Below, one piece after another: positions 1 through 15,597 of a stretch of 64,000 bases of DNA. The notes below the pieces were generated by a model. It searched no databases, was not told the origin of the DNA, and saw only the letters and a program-made list of their open reading frames with translations. Location of the stretch: contig NC_045696.1 in the NCBI RefSeq assembly GCF_009834535.1, positions 85,810,001-85,874,000 of the forward strand, in the 5' to 3' direction. This DNA comes from Camelus ferus (taxonomy: Eukaryota). Both the position numbers and the translations under genes were made by a program. Numbering within the stretch: the stretch's first letter is position 1; every line of letters begins with the position of its first letter.

Positions 1-360
1 TATTCGAGAGAACATTTTTAAGTAGAATAAACTGAGTTCATTAAAAAAAACTCACATTATAATTAGTTGATTTGAAAATATCAGTAGTTGACTTAATTTG
101 TATTCACTGAGCAAATAAATAAAGGCCACTTAGGCATGTCACTCTGGTAAATGTTGGAAGGGAAGAAAGATGTCCTTCATGCCTGTGAGGATTTTTTAGT
201 GTAATGAGAGAAAACTCAATTATAAAGAGCTAGTTGTAATAAGAGACAGCATAGACAGCAAAAATCAAATCCTTTTTTCTTTAATGAAATGGTCCTAAGT
301 AGAAATATCTGAAGAAAATACCTCATGTAAAAACTTACAGATCCTCTCCATCTATATTAG

Positions 361-494
361 TGCACTGCAGAAGGCAACTGGCAAAAGAGGAATTGTTATT
401 TCTCGTTCCACTTATCCTACTGCTGGACAATGGGCGGGACACTGGCTGGGAGACAACTATGCAAAATGGGACAGTTTGGACAAATCTATCATTG
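361..494 (+). CDS. SI: Sucrase-isomaltase exon (human exon 38 equivalent), sucrase catalytic domain
   Basis: AG at 359-360, GT at 495. Translates (D)[44 protein letters not shown](G). Contains the GH31 HWLGDN motif with the acid/base Asp codon GAC at 452-454. Confidence 0.97.
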
Positions 495-1481
495 GTATGT
501 GAGAGCCACCATCTTTATCATTCTTCTTTTAAATTTAAATTTAAATTCTTTTAAATTTTCTATTAGGTACTCACTTTTGCTAGTTCATATACTTTGTAAG
601 TCCTTCTCTGAGATATGCTTTTGGCATCATATTTTATGACAAATAGCATTATGAAAAGGCAGTGGGCCAGAAAGCAGGACCTGGGGTGCTGTGTAGAAGT
701 TAATGATATCCAGCTAGTTTATGTTGAGAAAATAATTTCATCCCTTTTGGTCTCAATTTCCCTGTTGGAAAGAGTAGAAACTGGAAAATATATAGAGGTA
801 AGAAGAAATTCTAGATTCTAGGGAATAAGAATCACTCATAGATGCTAAAGTATGAAACATTTCATACCAAATTTTGAAAGTTTTCTGAAAGTGGTCGATT
901 AAAGAGTAAAGAAAATAAAGTATCAAAGGAGAAATGGATTCTTTTCTGTTTCAGATCTAGACTTAAAAATACTTTACTATTTATATTAGAGTTCAAGGAA
1001 AACAATGTTTAGAAATATTCCTTTAAAATAAGAGCTGTGAAATCACATGCATTCTATTTTATTAAAGTAATCATTCCTTATAGGAGTTCGTCTAACAAGG
1101 ATAATTCAGTGATGAGACCTATGGTTAAATGATAATAGAGACAGCCTAAATTTATTTTAAAAACAGAACCAAGGAAACCACTAAGACTTTCTTCTCATAC
1201 TGTAATGTGTCCATAACAGTTTTGTGGTCTAAATGTGACATCTTGAAAATGTCAAGGAAGCGATATCGTGTCTTATTTTTATAAATGCCATTAACACTAT
1301 AAAAAATATATATATAAATTTCATTAGAAGAAATATTAGAAAAGTATATTAATAATCTGAAAAATGTTTCATTGAATTAGTGGTCAGTATTAGAAATAGA
1401 ATATACCAAAATCAGGAAAAAGCAAATGTTAAAATATATGAAGTAGTGGCTTTCTACAAGTTTATTCCTCTTTTTTTTAAG

Positions 1482-1516
1482 GTATGATGGAATTTAGTCT
1501 TTTTGGAATGTCATAT
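1482..1516 (+). CDS. SI: SI exon 39 equivalent
   Basis: Acceptor ttttaag, donor gtaagt. Translates (G)MMEFSLFGMSY, in frame with the flanking exons. Confidence 0.95.
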
Positions 1517-1603
1517 GTAAGTATCTCTATTCCTTTTATGTTTATCACTTGTTAATATTAGGGAACAAACTGTACAAATTAATTAAATGTAACTATATTT
1601 TAG

Positions 1604-1801
<198 letters not shown>

Positions 1802-2744
1802 TGATCTGGAGATGAATGCTTTGAATCTCTTTACATTTACTGAGGGTCATCTGAGCCCATCACTTTGAGAAATTTCTGACTTGGGTTCGACTTGGTTAGC
1901 TTGCATACTTACTATTGTTCTGTGTAACTTCGGAGTAGCCTGGGGCAGTGGGGGTGAAAACTGCTTCTGCAGATTCTTAACAAGCTGGAACAGAAAAATT
2001 AAGAAACCAGTTTCAAACCAAATAATTAGAAATGAAAAGTCATTTGAAATACTAGTATCAGTACATGAAAGGGGCAGAACTAAAAGCATATGTTAAAAAA
2101 ATGAGTTGATAAACTGAGGGAAAAAAGAAGGAAAAGGGAATCATGACAAGTAATTTCTGTGTGGTGGCACAACTATGTACTTTATTAAACTGGAGGAACT
2201 TTGGAATGAAGAAGAGACAATAATAAAAATTATGGAACAGTATAAGCAGTTACAAGCATTAACTTTCAGTGAAGAATTGTAGAAGAAAGATAAATTATCA
2301 GAACACACCTTATGGGAGAATTGTAGACAGAACTGGTCTTTTACGGAGGGTTCTAGCCATTGTAAAGTGAATGGTAGAGCGCATCACGTGCTGTGAATTC
2401 TTCATGTCGCCCTGGGAAATTTTGGAGTAAAAGGGAGAATTTATACTAGAAAATGAAAAGATAAATGAAAATTTATACAAGGTTAGAAGGCAGTATGGGA
2501 CCACCCTTTGGAAGAATTTGAAAGTTGGGCAATAGAGACAAAACCTGAGGGGACAGGAATATTTTAACAGGAAAACTTTATGTCAATAATGCAGTTTGGA
2601 AAGCTGTATTGTTGGGAAATTGAGGCATTCGTCAACACAATCCTGAACAGGGATTCATTCAAGAAGAATTTATTGAAAATCTATTATTTAATATTTATAA
2701 TATCCATGCCCTAATGATTTATAGAATGTAGGAAGGATAGAGAT

Positions 2745-2785
<41 letters not shown>

Positions 2786-2796
2786 GTAGATAGATA

Positions 2797-2838
<42 letters not shown>
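2745..2838 (+). repeat. (GATA)n microsatellite, SI intron
   Basis: More than 20 near-perfect GATA units. Confidence 0.97.
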
Positions 2839-4174
2839 TTAACAGCAGGTGCAAATAAATCATACAAGGGAAAACTAGACTATGCTAAAATGATTGGGAT
2901 TTATGGGGGCTATGTTTTCAAAAGAGTGCTCAGGAAGTCCTCTTAGATGAACTGACATTTTCATTAGAGCAGACTTGAGTTGAGGAGAGCAACAAATATA
3001 AATACATGGGGGAGAAGAATTTCATTGTGGGAACAAGTGAAAGACACCAAGATGGGAATGTGGCTGGAGTTTTTGAGATGATCAGATAGGCGAGAGAAGA
3101 CTGAGAAAGTATTTCTGAATAAAAATCTACAGAACAAAAGCCTCAGTGTAAGTTTATGAGGTAACATAATTAAATTTAAAAATGTATGGTTTAGAATTAA
3201 ATGCTCGTTTCAACATGTTAAAACTAGAATAATATCAGCAAAGTCAGTAAGCAGCAGTTACGATCTTGGCCTCTTTCTTCTGACCTGACTTTGAAACTGG
3301 TTAACAATAGGATCAGGTGTAGCTTAATAGTTCTTGGACCATTTTACTTTCAAAGTTTTGCCTATTCTAACATTACATATGCCAGTGATAAGTCAGTCAT
3401 CATACAAGCTTTCTTACTGTTGAAATCTAGAAAAGTTGGACTCTGCATAGATATGATACCACAATAAAGGCTTCATTCCTAATGATAGAAATTTAAAAAA
3501 AAACATTGAAAGTGTTGCATGATGAAATTATGTGGCAACCGTGTTTGTTCTCCTTGTATAAATTAGAATATAAGATACTAGTCACTTTCTCTGTTATTTT
3601 TTAACCAATAAATATCAGCAACTTTTTTATAGTCTTTTACCTTTCCAGTATCAATTTTAGTCTTTTTACTTGCAGAATGTATTCCAGAGCAGACGTCGGC
3701 ATGTTCTTTTTTCTTATCCAACATAAATTAGGTCCTCTCTTCCTCCTATGCTATTGACTCTTTAGTACCATAATTATCCATTTCTCGTGAGAACACACAA
3801 TGCACTGGGTCACCATGATGAGCTCTGCATGTCTCTGTTTATTTCAATCCACTTTTGTGTATCCTCTGCTAGACTTTTCACCCCTACACTGAAAATCACC
3901 ATAGTTGACAGTGTATTTGTCAGCTATACAGATGTGAACTGCTCTTTACATATGTTTACCTAAGTGAAATCAAGCCGTGGGCTTAATTTGCGTTGTCTTA
4001 TTAAAACATTAATATTATTCTCTCTCTTTCCATTAGATGAGGTAGAAATACTACTCCATAAGATTTCTGTGAATAAAGTATAAAGCACATAACAATGAAA
4101 TAAATTATTCCATACTTTTTATTCTTCAAATATGATTTGAAAATTATGATTTTAACAAGGACAAGAGCTTATGA

Positions 4175-4348
<174 letters not shown>

Positions 4349-5554
4349 TAAGTGCAAAATTCTTTTCCTAACACGGAGGGATAGCTTTCATTTAATTTAC
4401 TCAATAATCACATATAGTACAACATAGAATATTCTAAGTCAGAAATTTTTTCATTTTTATTTTAGCATACACTTAGTATTGATAAACCAGTAAAAAATAC
4501 ACGGAATATTTACTCAAATTAAACAATAATATTCAAAGTAAAACTACCAAAATAATAAATTGATCAATATACCTTCTGTTCTAATAATAAGACAAAAGAT
4601 CTAGATTTCTAAAAAAGAAAAAAAAAATCCTAGAATCAAAATATCCTGAGTAATCTAGCTACCATAATCCCTTCTTTATTTCTGGTAACATTTTATTAAT
4701 CTCTTGCCTCTCTTATTTTCAGACTTTTCCTCTTTGTCTTCACCTTGTTAACTTTCCAGAATAGTTGGAGTATCAGCTCTGGTCTGAGTCCCCAGCCAGA
4801 AGCATTATTACTAACTATGCGCACTCGTCCTGTGGAGAACTTCTGGGACTTTGCTCCCATGGGAAGTTCTAGGAGTAAACCCAGCAGCCCAGTTTGGCAT
4901 TAATCTCAGTTTAGAGTAAAACAAAACAAAAAAACCCCAGAAAAACAAACAACAAAAATGTGCACTTCCATTTCAATTAAAGAAAACAATGTGGACGTTT
5001 AATAGTGGCTATTCTCAAACTAGACAAAGCAGGTTTTGTTTTTTCTAGCCATTTATATCTCAAATCCAGAGGTATATGAACAGAAGAACCTTTAAGGACA
5101 TATAAATCTATTGTTCAATGAGCTTAATTTACATAAATAAGCAAACTCTTTCTAAAGTTACCAAATAAAGATTCCTATCGCACACTTGTCTCACACTTTT
5201 CTCCCACAGTGCTTATAATTTTTGCTTCCTGGTTTGTTGGTCTTCTAATAGACAAAGTTAATATTTGAACCTATGAGTTCTCTTCGAAGATTTCTCATTC
5301 AGTTGGTCTTACATGTCCATCACAACTCTCTGCATTTTGTCAGGAACTTTAGTCATGGTCTAGATTTACTCATAAAATATTGTACTACTGCACATTGAAC
5401 TCCAAGTGATACAACTATTCTTGATTTTTTATGGTTTGATTTTCATTTCAATCCACAAAAGTTCATACTGCAAAATCTGATTTTAATAATTATTTTATGG
5501 TCTTCAGAAGAGGTAGATTTATTTGATTTAATTATTTGTAAATATTTTGTCCAG

Positions 5555-5639
5555 GTTCTTCAATGAAAAGCCAACCTGGGATATATTCAAGCAGTTCTTG
5601 TGGGGCCCAGCATTTATGGTTACCCCTGTACTGGAACCT
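5555..5639 (+). CDS. SI: SI exon 42 equivalent
   Basis: Acceptor gtccag, donor gtaagt. Translates [28 protein letters not shown]. Confidence 0.97.
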
Positions 5640-5722
5640 GTAAGTCCTACCACTTATTTTTGTTCACAAAATAATTTTTCCTTGGTTTATGTGTTTTTAA
5701 TGACTATATCTTTAATTTCTAG

Positions 5723-5779
5723 TACGTTGACACTGTAGAAGGCTACGTCCCTAATGCTCGGTGGTTTGATTACCATACA
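5723..5779 (+). CDS. SI: SI exon 43 equivalent
   Basis: Acceptor ttctag, donor gtaagt. Translates [19 protein letters not shown]. Confidence 0.96.
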
Positions 5780-6373
5780 GTAAGTAGTTAAGGAATTCTG
5801 GGGGATTGACTAAACAGAAATGGGTAACAGTTTGTTAACAGCCTGTTTATTAATGGCATAGTTATTTTCCTTTCCACTTAAAAACAGTAAGATATTTCTT
5901 GCTAATTACAGCTGGATCAAATTAACAGTGAAAGATAATTTATTCTGCCATAGTTGGTTATGTAGTCATTCATTTATTTTACCAACTAAACATAGAAATT
6001 GTACATTATGCACAAAACGTCATTGCCCTTTTACTAGATATGCAAAATGATCATTAAAAGTAATGCAGTCCTTCCAAGAATAATATATATGACGAGTCAT
6101 AAATAGCTTCTGCGATTGATCAAAAAAACATACATTTTCTGCAAGTGAGCACCACAAAAACAGGTAGTGGTAAATTACTTTCAAAGTTTGCAGTCAACCA
6201 AGGAATAAGTATATATTGTAAGCAACTTGATTTCCTGAATAAATGTTTGTAGTTTTATTATGTTTTAAACTAAAGAATATATTATTTGATTTTATAAATG
6301 TGCCTCCTCAAGCACCAATATTGCTGATGACTCTTACTCCTTTTGTTCTTTCTTCTAACCCTCTCATTTCCAG

Positions 6374-6498
6374 GGCAAAGATATTGGTATCAGAGGAACA
6401 TTTCATACATTTGCAGCTCCTTTATATGAAATAAACCTACATGTCCGTGGTGGTCACATCCTACCATGTCAAGAGCCTGCTCAGAACACATTTTACAG
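6374..6498 (+). CDS. SI: SI exon 44 equivalent
   Basis: Acceptor ttccag, donor gtaagt. Translates [41 protein letters not shown](S). Confidence 0.97.
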
Positions 6499-7871
6499 GT
6501 AAGTGAATAATTCACTTACGTGAGCTCATATTCGATTTTGAGATACATCATGCTAGAATTGTCAAGAACCAGGAAATGTCTAAGATTTTATCCTACTTCC
6601 AAGCTTATATGCTAGCCTGCCACAGTTTCATGGATGCTGGGGCAGAGACAAAGGCCTTTCTTACTCATGGCATAGCAAGAAATATGAGTTTCATGTTTGC
6701 TTCAGTTTCCTCTGTCCCCCAAGTTTCATGTGGGTGACATCGAGTGGCCCAAGTGGATGCTGCACATGCAGGAGATTTGTGTCACATGTAAAGAATGCTG
6801 CACGTTGGGAAACTCAGCTTTTTATTATAGGCTGTAAGCAAAAGCATCCGTTCTTTACTTTGAGGGGAGAAAAACTGTCATTGCCTCTGTATGCAAAATA
6901 TATAGAAACTTGAAAGATTCATAGAAAATTATGTTCAAACATGATAGGAATGTTTCCCAGGCTAAAATACCAACTGAAACTTAATATCCTCTGTAAAAAT
7001 ATGCAAAGGTATTGGTAAATAAATGTCTTGTATTTTAAATGGCTACCTCACCTAGGACTTAATCATTTTTTCTGAGTCTGATCTACGGAAGGAAATATTA
7101 ATTACTTTATGAAACATGATTTTTTAAAATGAACTTTTCTATAAGCTTTAAGCAAATATTGCTCAGAGGACTTCTCTTTCCCTCCATCTTTTCCAGTCTG
7201 CTTTTTCTGCCTCCATCAGTTCTGTGAAATATTCCCTGACTCGCTTTAGTCTATGAAATGTAGATATCCATTGACAATATCCCTGCTCCTTCAAACTACT
7301 AAATCCCCAGCTGTCCACAGAAGAACCAGACCTGTTTTTAGCAGCCCTGTCCCATATGAAGATGAAGGGTAACTCAGATTTTCTATCCATTACCATTTAT
7401 AACTGATCATCTGCTAAGACCCTTTGTGTGGTATTCTCTCCCTCTCATTCAGCAACATGTCCAATCTACCAGGGATCATGGGTCCACTCTGTCTCCTGTG
7501 ACTGATGTAAGAGTGACTCTCTTATCACAGTCAGAGTCTATTTCCACTGACTAAATTCCTGGCTTAGACAGATTCCAGAGGATTCAGTTTCTGTTCATCA
7601 TCTTTTCTCATGCTGTACCCAGTCTCGTGGTGATGTACATGGTGACAGCCTCAGTTGGCATGAATAGACTCTTTCTATCTCCTGGAGCCACCCAGATCCA
7701 TTTCTATCTACCTTGATATCAATTAAAGAGGAGGAAATGATTGTACCTGAGAAATGAGAGTTTCATGGAGGAGACCATTTGTAAGTTGTGCCTTGAATCC
7801 TTGTGTAAAGAGAGAGAAGTAGAGAGGCCATTTTGGGTGTGTATGTGTGGAAATTTTTCAATAGTAAGTAA

Positions 7872-7967
7872 TACAGTACTATTCGGTCCATGGTTGGTTG
7901 AATCTGCAGATGTGGAAAAACTGGATATTTGGATTAATACCCATGTTGTTCAAGGGTCAACTGTATA
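7872..7967. mobile_element. Tigger1-derived fragment
   Basis: ggttggttgaatctgcagatgtggaa...catgttgttcaagggtcaactg-TA terminus. A related decayed copy lies at about 51812-51995. Confidence 0.7.
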
Positions 7968-8886
7968 CACAGAGCAGAGTGAATGAAAGTTGTGAAACTC
8001 TTTTTAATCTCAGTTTACATATTTTGGAAAATTATGGGTTATACCAGGTTTTTAATGTTGCTAGTAAGATCTACTTATCTTTTACCTCAGTGACTATGAA
8101 TTAAAATACATAGATACCTGCATGCTAAGGCATGCTGACTTTTTTACATGGAAAATACAAAGCTGCTGTATAGATTGGAACTCTAGATATTTTGGATATT
8201 TTAGAAGACTTCCATAGCAGTACAGCCTTCAACATTTGTGATTGGAAAAGGGAACACAATGTGTCTGAGAAATCCTTTCTTAGCCATATGAGGCTGTCAA
8301 ACCCAATCACTTGTATCCTGAGCATGAAAGCAGATATTTAGTTCACAGGTAGGCCTGTTTGTAGGCACAGGCTTGGGAGGTGTTGTGCATTCCACAGATA
8401 GGACTTGCAACTATGTGGCTACTCCTCACATTCTTATTAACAGTTGCCAGTAATAATTCAGTGATTTATGCATGGAAATTTTCAGAAAGTTTAAGTTATA
8501 TGAGATTGAAATATGTCATTAAAATAGTTTTATGTTAAATGTTCAATGGCAAGGTTACCTGAGAGAAGAATGAATATATCAAATAACTTACTATGGTTTT
8601 CATTATAAATGAGACCACTTCTGATTTGTTGCAGTAGGTGAACCCTTGAGATCAAAGACATGCATGATATCTTCTATGAAATATGAAGGATTCTATGGTT
8701 TATATCTTTTTCAATTAACTCATTAAAAAAGGAAACTCCTTTAATTTTTTTTGTCTAAAACAGTTTATATTCTCTTTAACTGATATTCTTATTTGTGTTT
8801 CTTTGGACACATAGATGGATGTCATATCATAACAAGACATATGCTAACTCTAGAAACATTGGTAAAATTATATTTCTTTTTTATAG

Positions 8887-8975
8887 TCGACAAAATTACA
8901 TGAAGCTCATTGTTGCTGCAGATGATAATCAGATGGCACAAGGAACTCTGTTTTGGGATGATGGAGAGACTATAG
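8887..8975 (+). CDS. SI: SI exon 45 equivalent
   Basis: Acceptor ttatag, donor gtgagt. Translates [29 protein letters not shown](D). Confidence 0.97.
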
Positions 8976-11835
8976 GTGAGTGTTCCATTTAGGAGATAAA
9001 TATGCTTGATAACATACATATTATCCCATTACTTTTATATTACCTATTATTATACTTTGGAAACTGAATAAAAAGCCAATAATATTATTCAAAGCTAAAA
9101 GAATTTAATAAATAGTTGAATCAACTTAAAAAATAGTGTTAAAATATTTGAAGACTTTCTTCTTATCGTAAATATATTTAATCCCTATGACCAATGTCTA
9201 GATAACTAAGAGATTTGTATGAGATTTGTATGTGTTCCCAGAGGCTGGTCCCCACGCTAGTCCCCACAATAGACACTCCATAGGTGTGAAGTCAACTAGC
9301 TGACGAGCCCTGTCCATGTGCACACATTGATGCACAAAGGATACCTCTAAAACATGAGATTGTTCAGAAGCAAAACTCTCTGTACCTTATAGCTATAGTT
9401 TTTGTTTTGTTTTATTTTGTTTTAATATTCATCAGTTTTTTACATGAACAGTTTAAGAATTTAAGTTTAAATCCTTGTTTATTCCATGGCTGTTCCTCAA
9501 GACCAGACTGAACTGCTAAACTTTTAGCAGTGTGTACTCTGCTGATCATTTGAGCAATGTGTGCTCTGCTACCTGGGGTAGTTTGTAAAGAATGCATATT
9601 CTGGGGCCCATCCAAATTCCATTAATTTGGGTAGAGGCCCAGGCATCTGTCTTTGAGTAAAATGCCCCCAGGTGATTATTATGCTGTTAAGTAAACACTG
9701 TTAGAGGATTAGTTTTACTGACTGCCATTAACAGTGCCAGCTCTACTAGATGGGAGTTTTGAACATTCTCCTGACACAAACCTTAGTCATAATAACTAAC
9801 ATCTGTGTGGTGCTATAGGGCAGTTCACTGCAATTTAAATAAATTATCTATAGATGAGAGATTTTTCATTAATAGCAAAGACATATGTCTTTCATCTTTT
9901 CAGGTAAATCATAGTTAATATTTTGCATCCATAAGAAGCAGTTTTCTATTAGTAAATAAAATATATCAGAAAGTTGATATAAGAATCATATGGTAGTGGG
10001 CAAGACTTAAAAAAAAAAAAAAACCTCTTCCTAGTATTTTGTGATTTAGAAGGTGAAGAACTCAACTGCTATTAGTTAAAATTCTATGCTTTCAGAGCCC
10101 TGAACTTCATTAATACATTAATTGAGGTTCTACAAAGTTTGCAGCCTTTTCTCCTCACTGGGCCCAGCAGATTCACTTTTAATTTGACTGCAATTTCCCA
10201 GGGGTGTAAAATTGAGTTATGCATAATTTTCATGCTTGTCTTGGGATGTCTGAATCTTACAATCTAACAAATTGAGTTAATTCATTTTAACAGTAAGGGA
10301 GACAAAGCTTCTCTTAGACTTTTTTCTCCAGCTCTTTCTCTCAAACTAAGATGAAAGAACTTGTTATGACCTTTGCCCTGTTGAACTTCATGGCAGATTT
10401 TTGTTTTATCACTGGAAAGTAAGTGAGCATAATTCATGTATTTCTCCATGATCTCTTTATGCAAGCATACACGATTGTTCTGGCCCATCATCTCTACTTT
10501 TTTGGTTTTATTTCACAATCTCAGTATATTTGTTACAATTAAATATGGAGATTTCAGCTAATCCCTTGAAATTTCTTGACTAAACAGCAACAACAGTATA
10601 CAACAAGTGCTTGGTCTCTGAATTATTAGATCATTACAAGATTAGATTTATTCTTCTGCAAAGAAGTTTTCTCTCACAGCAAGCTTGCCAGTCTACTTGA
10701 TAGACTAGATGATATCTAAATGGTTTCCTCTTTAAAGTATATTCATTATTTTTATGGAATATTATTGTTTGTTGACATATTCTTTCTCTTAAAGAAAATC
10801 AAAGAAAAAGTAAAGTTATTTTGAAATGAGTGTACATTAAGTCAATTTTGATTGTTCTAGCTTAGTAAAATATTAAATTGTCCTACTCATCTTAGTGAAA
10901 TAGACATACACATACCCTTGACCAAGATCACGTATAGTATCTTTCTCTTATTCATTAAAAATAACAAAACTACTCATATCCTTTTAATAGCAGTCACTTT
11001 TGTTTTATCTCATAGATCTATACTTTAAAAATGGCTCTTAAAAACTTGTTATAATTATATATTTAAAAATTAAGATTAAAAATTTTGCCTCAAAACATGT
11101 TAAATAAGCCATGTCTACATTATTATATATAGAGAAAAAATATTTGGAGCAGAATATCATTTAATTTTAATGTAGGCAAAATTAGTCATAAATTAAGCAA
11201 TTTTTTCAGGGAATTAATGAATACAGTGCTGGCATGTATAAGTGGAAAAGAAAATTAAAATTTAGGCTTTTTCAATGTTATCTTAACACTTGTTTTAATC
11301 ATGCATTTGACTCCACTTTTACCTTTCTGTCTTACACATGCTTGTTTGGTTTTACATATGAACACAATCATAGAAGTCAGGGAAGACTGGACCTGAGTCC
11401 ACACTTGATAATAATTAGTTTTTCACCTTTGGCCATTTATTTAACTTTTCTGAGACTCACTTTCCTCTTTCATACAGTGGGAATGATAATAATACACAAC
11501 TCTTAGAGCACTGTAATAAAGTACTTAGAATTTGACAAATAGTAATACATTCTGGCTCTAAGATTATTTTTAAATTGATTTTAGATATGGTAAGATTGTA
11601 TCTTATTTTAAAAGATGAATATAAACCCTATGTTTTATCAGTTTGGTTTCAATTCATATGTCAGTGCTCCTTGGACTGTGTTTGAACCAGTTATGTAAAC
11701 TTAGAGAAAAATTAGATATGCTTTGATGGTAGTTGGTGCCCTTTGTACTATGAAAGAAAAGCAAAATATACTAGTATTTACTACAGTTTTTATTTGGAAA
11801 TTTAAATACATCACTCTTTTGTTTTTCCTTTCTAG

Positions 11836-11885
11836 ACACCTATGAAAGAAGCCTTTATTTCTTGGTACAATTTAATTTGAACAAG
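11836..11885 (+). CDS. SI: SI exon 46 equivalent
   Basis: Acceptor ttctag, donor gtgtgt. Translates (D)TYERSLYFLVQFNLNK. Confidence 0.95.
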
Positions 11886-12128
11886 GTGTGTATTCATTAC
11901 AGATCATTTATATGCAATTGTGTTAACTAATATTTGAAGTTTTATGCCATATTTTATATTTACTTTATATTTACATATTTTGTATATATTATATAACATA
12001 TAGCTTTTCAAATATATGAATAAACAATTTGCTATACTATGAATACATTTTGGTTAACATACATGCTTTTAAAATATTTAACTGCTTTTGCTAGATGAAG
12101 GGTTTAAATTATCTCTTTGTCTTTTTAG

Positions 12129-12296
12129 ACCACCTTGACAAGCAGTATACTGAAAAATGGTTACATAAACAAAAGTGAAATGAGACTTGGATATATCCAC
12201 ATATGGGGGAAAGAAAAGACTCGTGTTAGTGAGGTTAATCTCATATATAATGGAAATAAAGAGTCTCTTAACTTTATTGAAGACCCAAACCTGGAA
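12129..12296 (+). CDS. SI: SI exon 47 equivalent
   Basis: Acceptor ttttag, donor gtaagt. Translates [56 protein letters not shown]. Confidence 0.96.
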
Positions 12297-15086
12297 GTAA
12301 GTGACATAAGAAAACATTTCTTTTTAAATGGAGCTATGTCTACATGAATGTTTTATATTTCTTAACCTTAAAGAAACATAATTATGGGTCAACTATGACC
12401 TTTCTTGTTTATTCATTTTCATTAAACTCCCATCTCTATTTCCATAGTATCATCCTTGGTAACTTATCATATAAATTAACTTAATGGCATCTATTTTGTA
12501 ATTATCCTGAAACAAAGCAAAATTAAATTTACATTAAATCTCTAAATCATTTTTATCCTTTTATGGTAAAGTACCTCAAACCATAATAATTTTCAAAAAC
12601 CAAATGTTCACATTTGAACATTTAATTTGTCTTAGATAAAATATATTTGAAAATTGTTGCAAAACTAATAAAATTGTATGTTAGCATCTGTGAATAATTT
12701 GACATGTGGGTGTATGAGAATATGATTCACACATTAAACAAAAAAATCAGAATTCATATGTTAAACTCCCTTTGCTAGTAATCATGAGCTTTTTACTTTG
12801 AATAAATAGTTTCAGGGCTTCTTTTTCTTTCCAATTAAATAAGAATATGCAAATAAACAATCTAAACTTCCAATCCTAAATTCTGTGAAAGTGGGCTTTA
12901 AAGAACATATATTCTAGAAACCAGCTGTTTTAAGTATTTGATCCAAATTTAAGGCTACATCTGCACTGCTAAAACTGTGTGAGTGTGTGTACACATACAA
13001 GCCTATTTGTGTTTAAAGTTGAATAAAAACAACTAGCGTTTAACCAACTAACCACTTCAGGTGAACTTAACTTAAAAAATAACTAGTTGTTTGGCTGACT
13101 GCAACTTAAAAAATAATAACTGTTTTGGACACAATTTTATGTTCTCATAAGTTATATTAAGATGTGAGAGTTGAACATCACCTGAGAAGCCATTTCTTGC
13201 AGTTGAAACTTAACACTTGTCTTATTGTTACCGCTGTTTTGTAGGCAATCAGAATTTCCCCTTTAATATGTAGCTTTTTCTTAATTACTACTTTGGCATT
13301 AAAATACTTTTATTTATTTAAATTCTATCAAGGTTAGGAAACTAGAGTTTTATATATTTAATGTCCTTCCAGGGTAAAATAAAAGTTGATAACCCAGCAT
13401 CTCACCCCATTTTTCTTCTTTTTAAAATTTATAAATTTCCAAAGTAAGGGAATCAGTTATTTAGTCCAGTGATCTTATATAACAGACAAAGAAACTGCCC
13501 TTGAAAGAAAAATTAATTCCCCAGGAATAAATAGTCAATGATTATCAATCATAATTAGCAATCAGTTTTTTTGTTAAGCCCAGTGTTCAATGAGATTATA
13601 AAATGATGGTTTTCCCTATATTTTCTTGTTATTTACTACTACAATGGTAAAACATAAAGCTCAGAGTTTTTACCATAAAAATAAATAAATACAGTCAGCT
13701 GAACAATGTCAAGTAAGATATTTTAGCATATTAAGTATTGTTTCAAGTTAATTTTGACCAAAGATTTGGCATAAAAAACACCTTTATAGAGCAAAGTTTA
13801 TCCCACTGCTTTCAAACACAGTCACAAAGGATTTTATGTATCAAGAATAAATTTTGTACAATGTCTCATTATCTCTATGATTTCAAAAGCAGATACTAAT
13901 TTTAGTAACAAAGGAGCAGTCCTTTCTAAGAGCATTTGAATAAAACAAATATATATGAGCACCTACTATTTTCTAAGTTTTTGTAGATATATGGTGACAA
14001 GAGGGAGTGGTCAATTTCTTTCTCTATCCTGGTTGCCCTTCTCCTTGGATGTGGGTTAAATGCAAAGGATGATTTAATTGCTCTATCAATACAAATTTTA
14101 AAACATTTCCTAGTATGCCTTGTTGGTATCCGTATAGGTATTAAAAGCTATGTGGTTGTTTTTCACTTTTGATATAAAGGAAGAAGGTTAGGTTTTCGTG
14201 TAAGATGAATCAGCTTCAAACCTAGGTAACGGATATTAAGAAGATTATCAACCTTTTACCTTTTAAATTCTTCCACTATGAAGTATGGGAAATGCATCCA
14301 AAGATGCTTTGCTGTAGTAAAGAATACATTTTATAAAGCCCCCAAGAGAGTACCTGGCATTTGGTTAGCAGTAAAGGAATGTTGATTTTCTTCCTCTTCT
14401 CTTGCATATTTGATGACTGAATCTAAGCTTTCTGAGCTAAGGCACTGAGAGTCATGTGAGTGTATCAGAGCAATGGAAAAGTCTAATGAAATCATTATAT
14501 TTTAAAAATATTACAGGAGATTGAGTACAGCTGCTTAATTGGTCACCTCCATACTTAGTCCCTTTATGGTCTCATACAGATTCTCTCCAGTGAAAGAAGC
14601 ACACATATAATTGAAATCATTGGCAATAAATCAAGCATCTTAAAGCCCTTTGAGATTGATGTAAAAGAAAGCATATTTCTAAAATCTAAATTGTGTGTAT
14701 AGATGACTAGATAATATTTGAGGGTGGAAAGCATAGGGATTTATGTAGCACAACTTATTAATAACTCCATATTTAGGAGTCATGGAGAAAGAGCAAAGTA
14801 ACACAAATAAGATAATTGGTTACTAGTTTCAGTTTTTCATTGTATTTCAACAACCATTCTCCTTCTTCAAGATTTAATTTCATCATCTGTATAATGGATG
14901 GGTTGGGTGAGATTATTACTGAAATGGTTGTGAACTCTCTGGAATAAAAATTCATCAAAATGAAAAAGAAAAACAAGGTATAGCCTGTTTAGTTATAGAG
15001 CATTTATTTATGGAAATAGTCTTTGTTTAAAAAAAAAACACAGTTTTGAATAAACAATTAATTACCATTTTACTTTTTTTTTTTAG

Positions 15087-15155
15087 ATATTAGATATTGA
15101 TCTAAGAGTGAAGAATGTTACTCTAGATGACCCCATAGAAATCAACTGGTCATGA
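15087..15155 (+). CDS. SI: SI terminal coding exon (exon 48 equivalent)
   Basis: Poly-T tract plus AG acceptor. Translates ILDIDLRVKNVTLDDPIEINWS then TGA at 15153-15155, matching the recalled SI C-terminus PIEINWS. Confidence 0.96.
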   Translation: MLDIDLRVKNVTLDDPIEINWS

Positions 15156-15597
15156 AGATCACCATCAGTCCCAGCTGTCAAAGGGAAATTAATAGGTGGA
15201 TTTAAGTTTCACCATAGTTATAATTTTCCCTCTTCATTTGTTTCTTGTATTGTGTAAAAAATGATTTTTATAACATCTGTCTAAAGTTATTGCATACTGA
15301 ATATCAACTTTAATACTAATTTTACTATATTAATATGGCTTAGATTCAATTTTTTAACATATTTAGTAGAATTTAATAGTTCTAATTACCTTTGCTAAGT
15401 ATCAGCTAAAACTGTAAACTAGTTACTAAATATATATGTGTGTTAAAATATCATTAAAACAAGTGATTTTTAAATTAAGTGAAATTTTTGTGTAATTTTA
15501 CATAATATCTTTTCAACATTTCATCGCTTTAAGTTATGTACCAATAATTGTCATCAGATTTAATTATTTTTAGTATGTATATTTAATTAGAAAACAA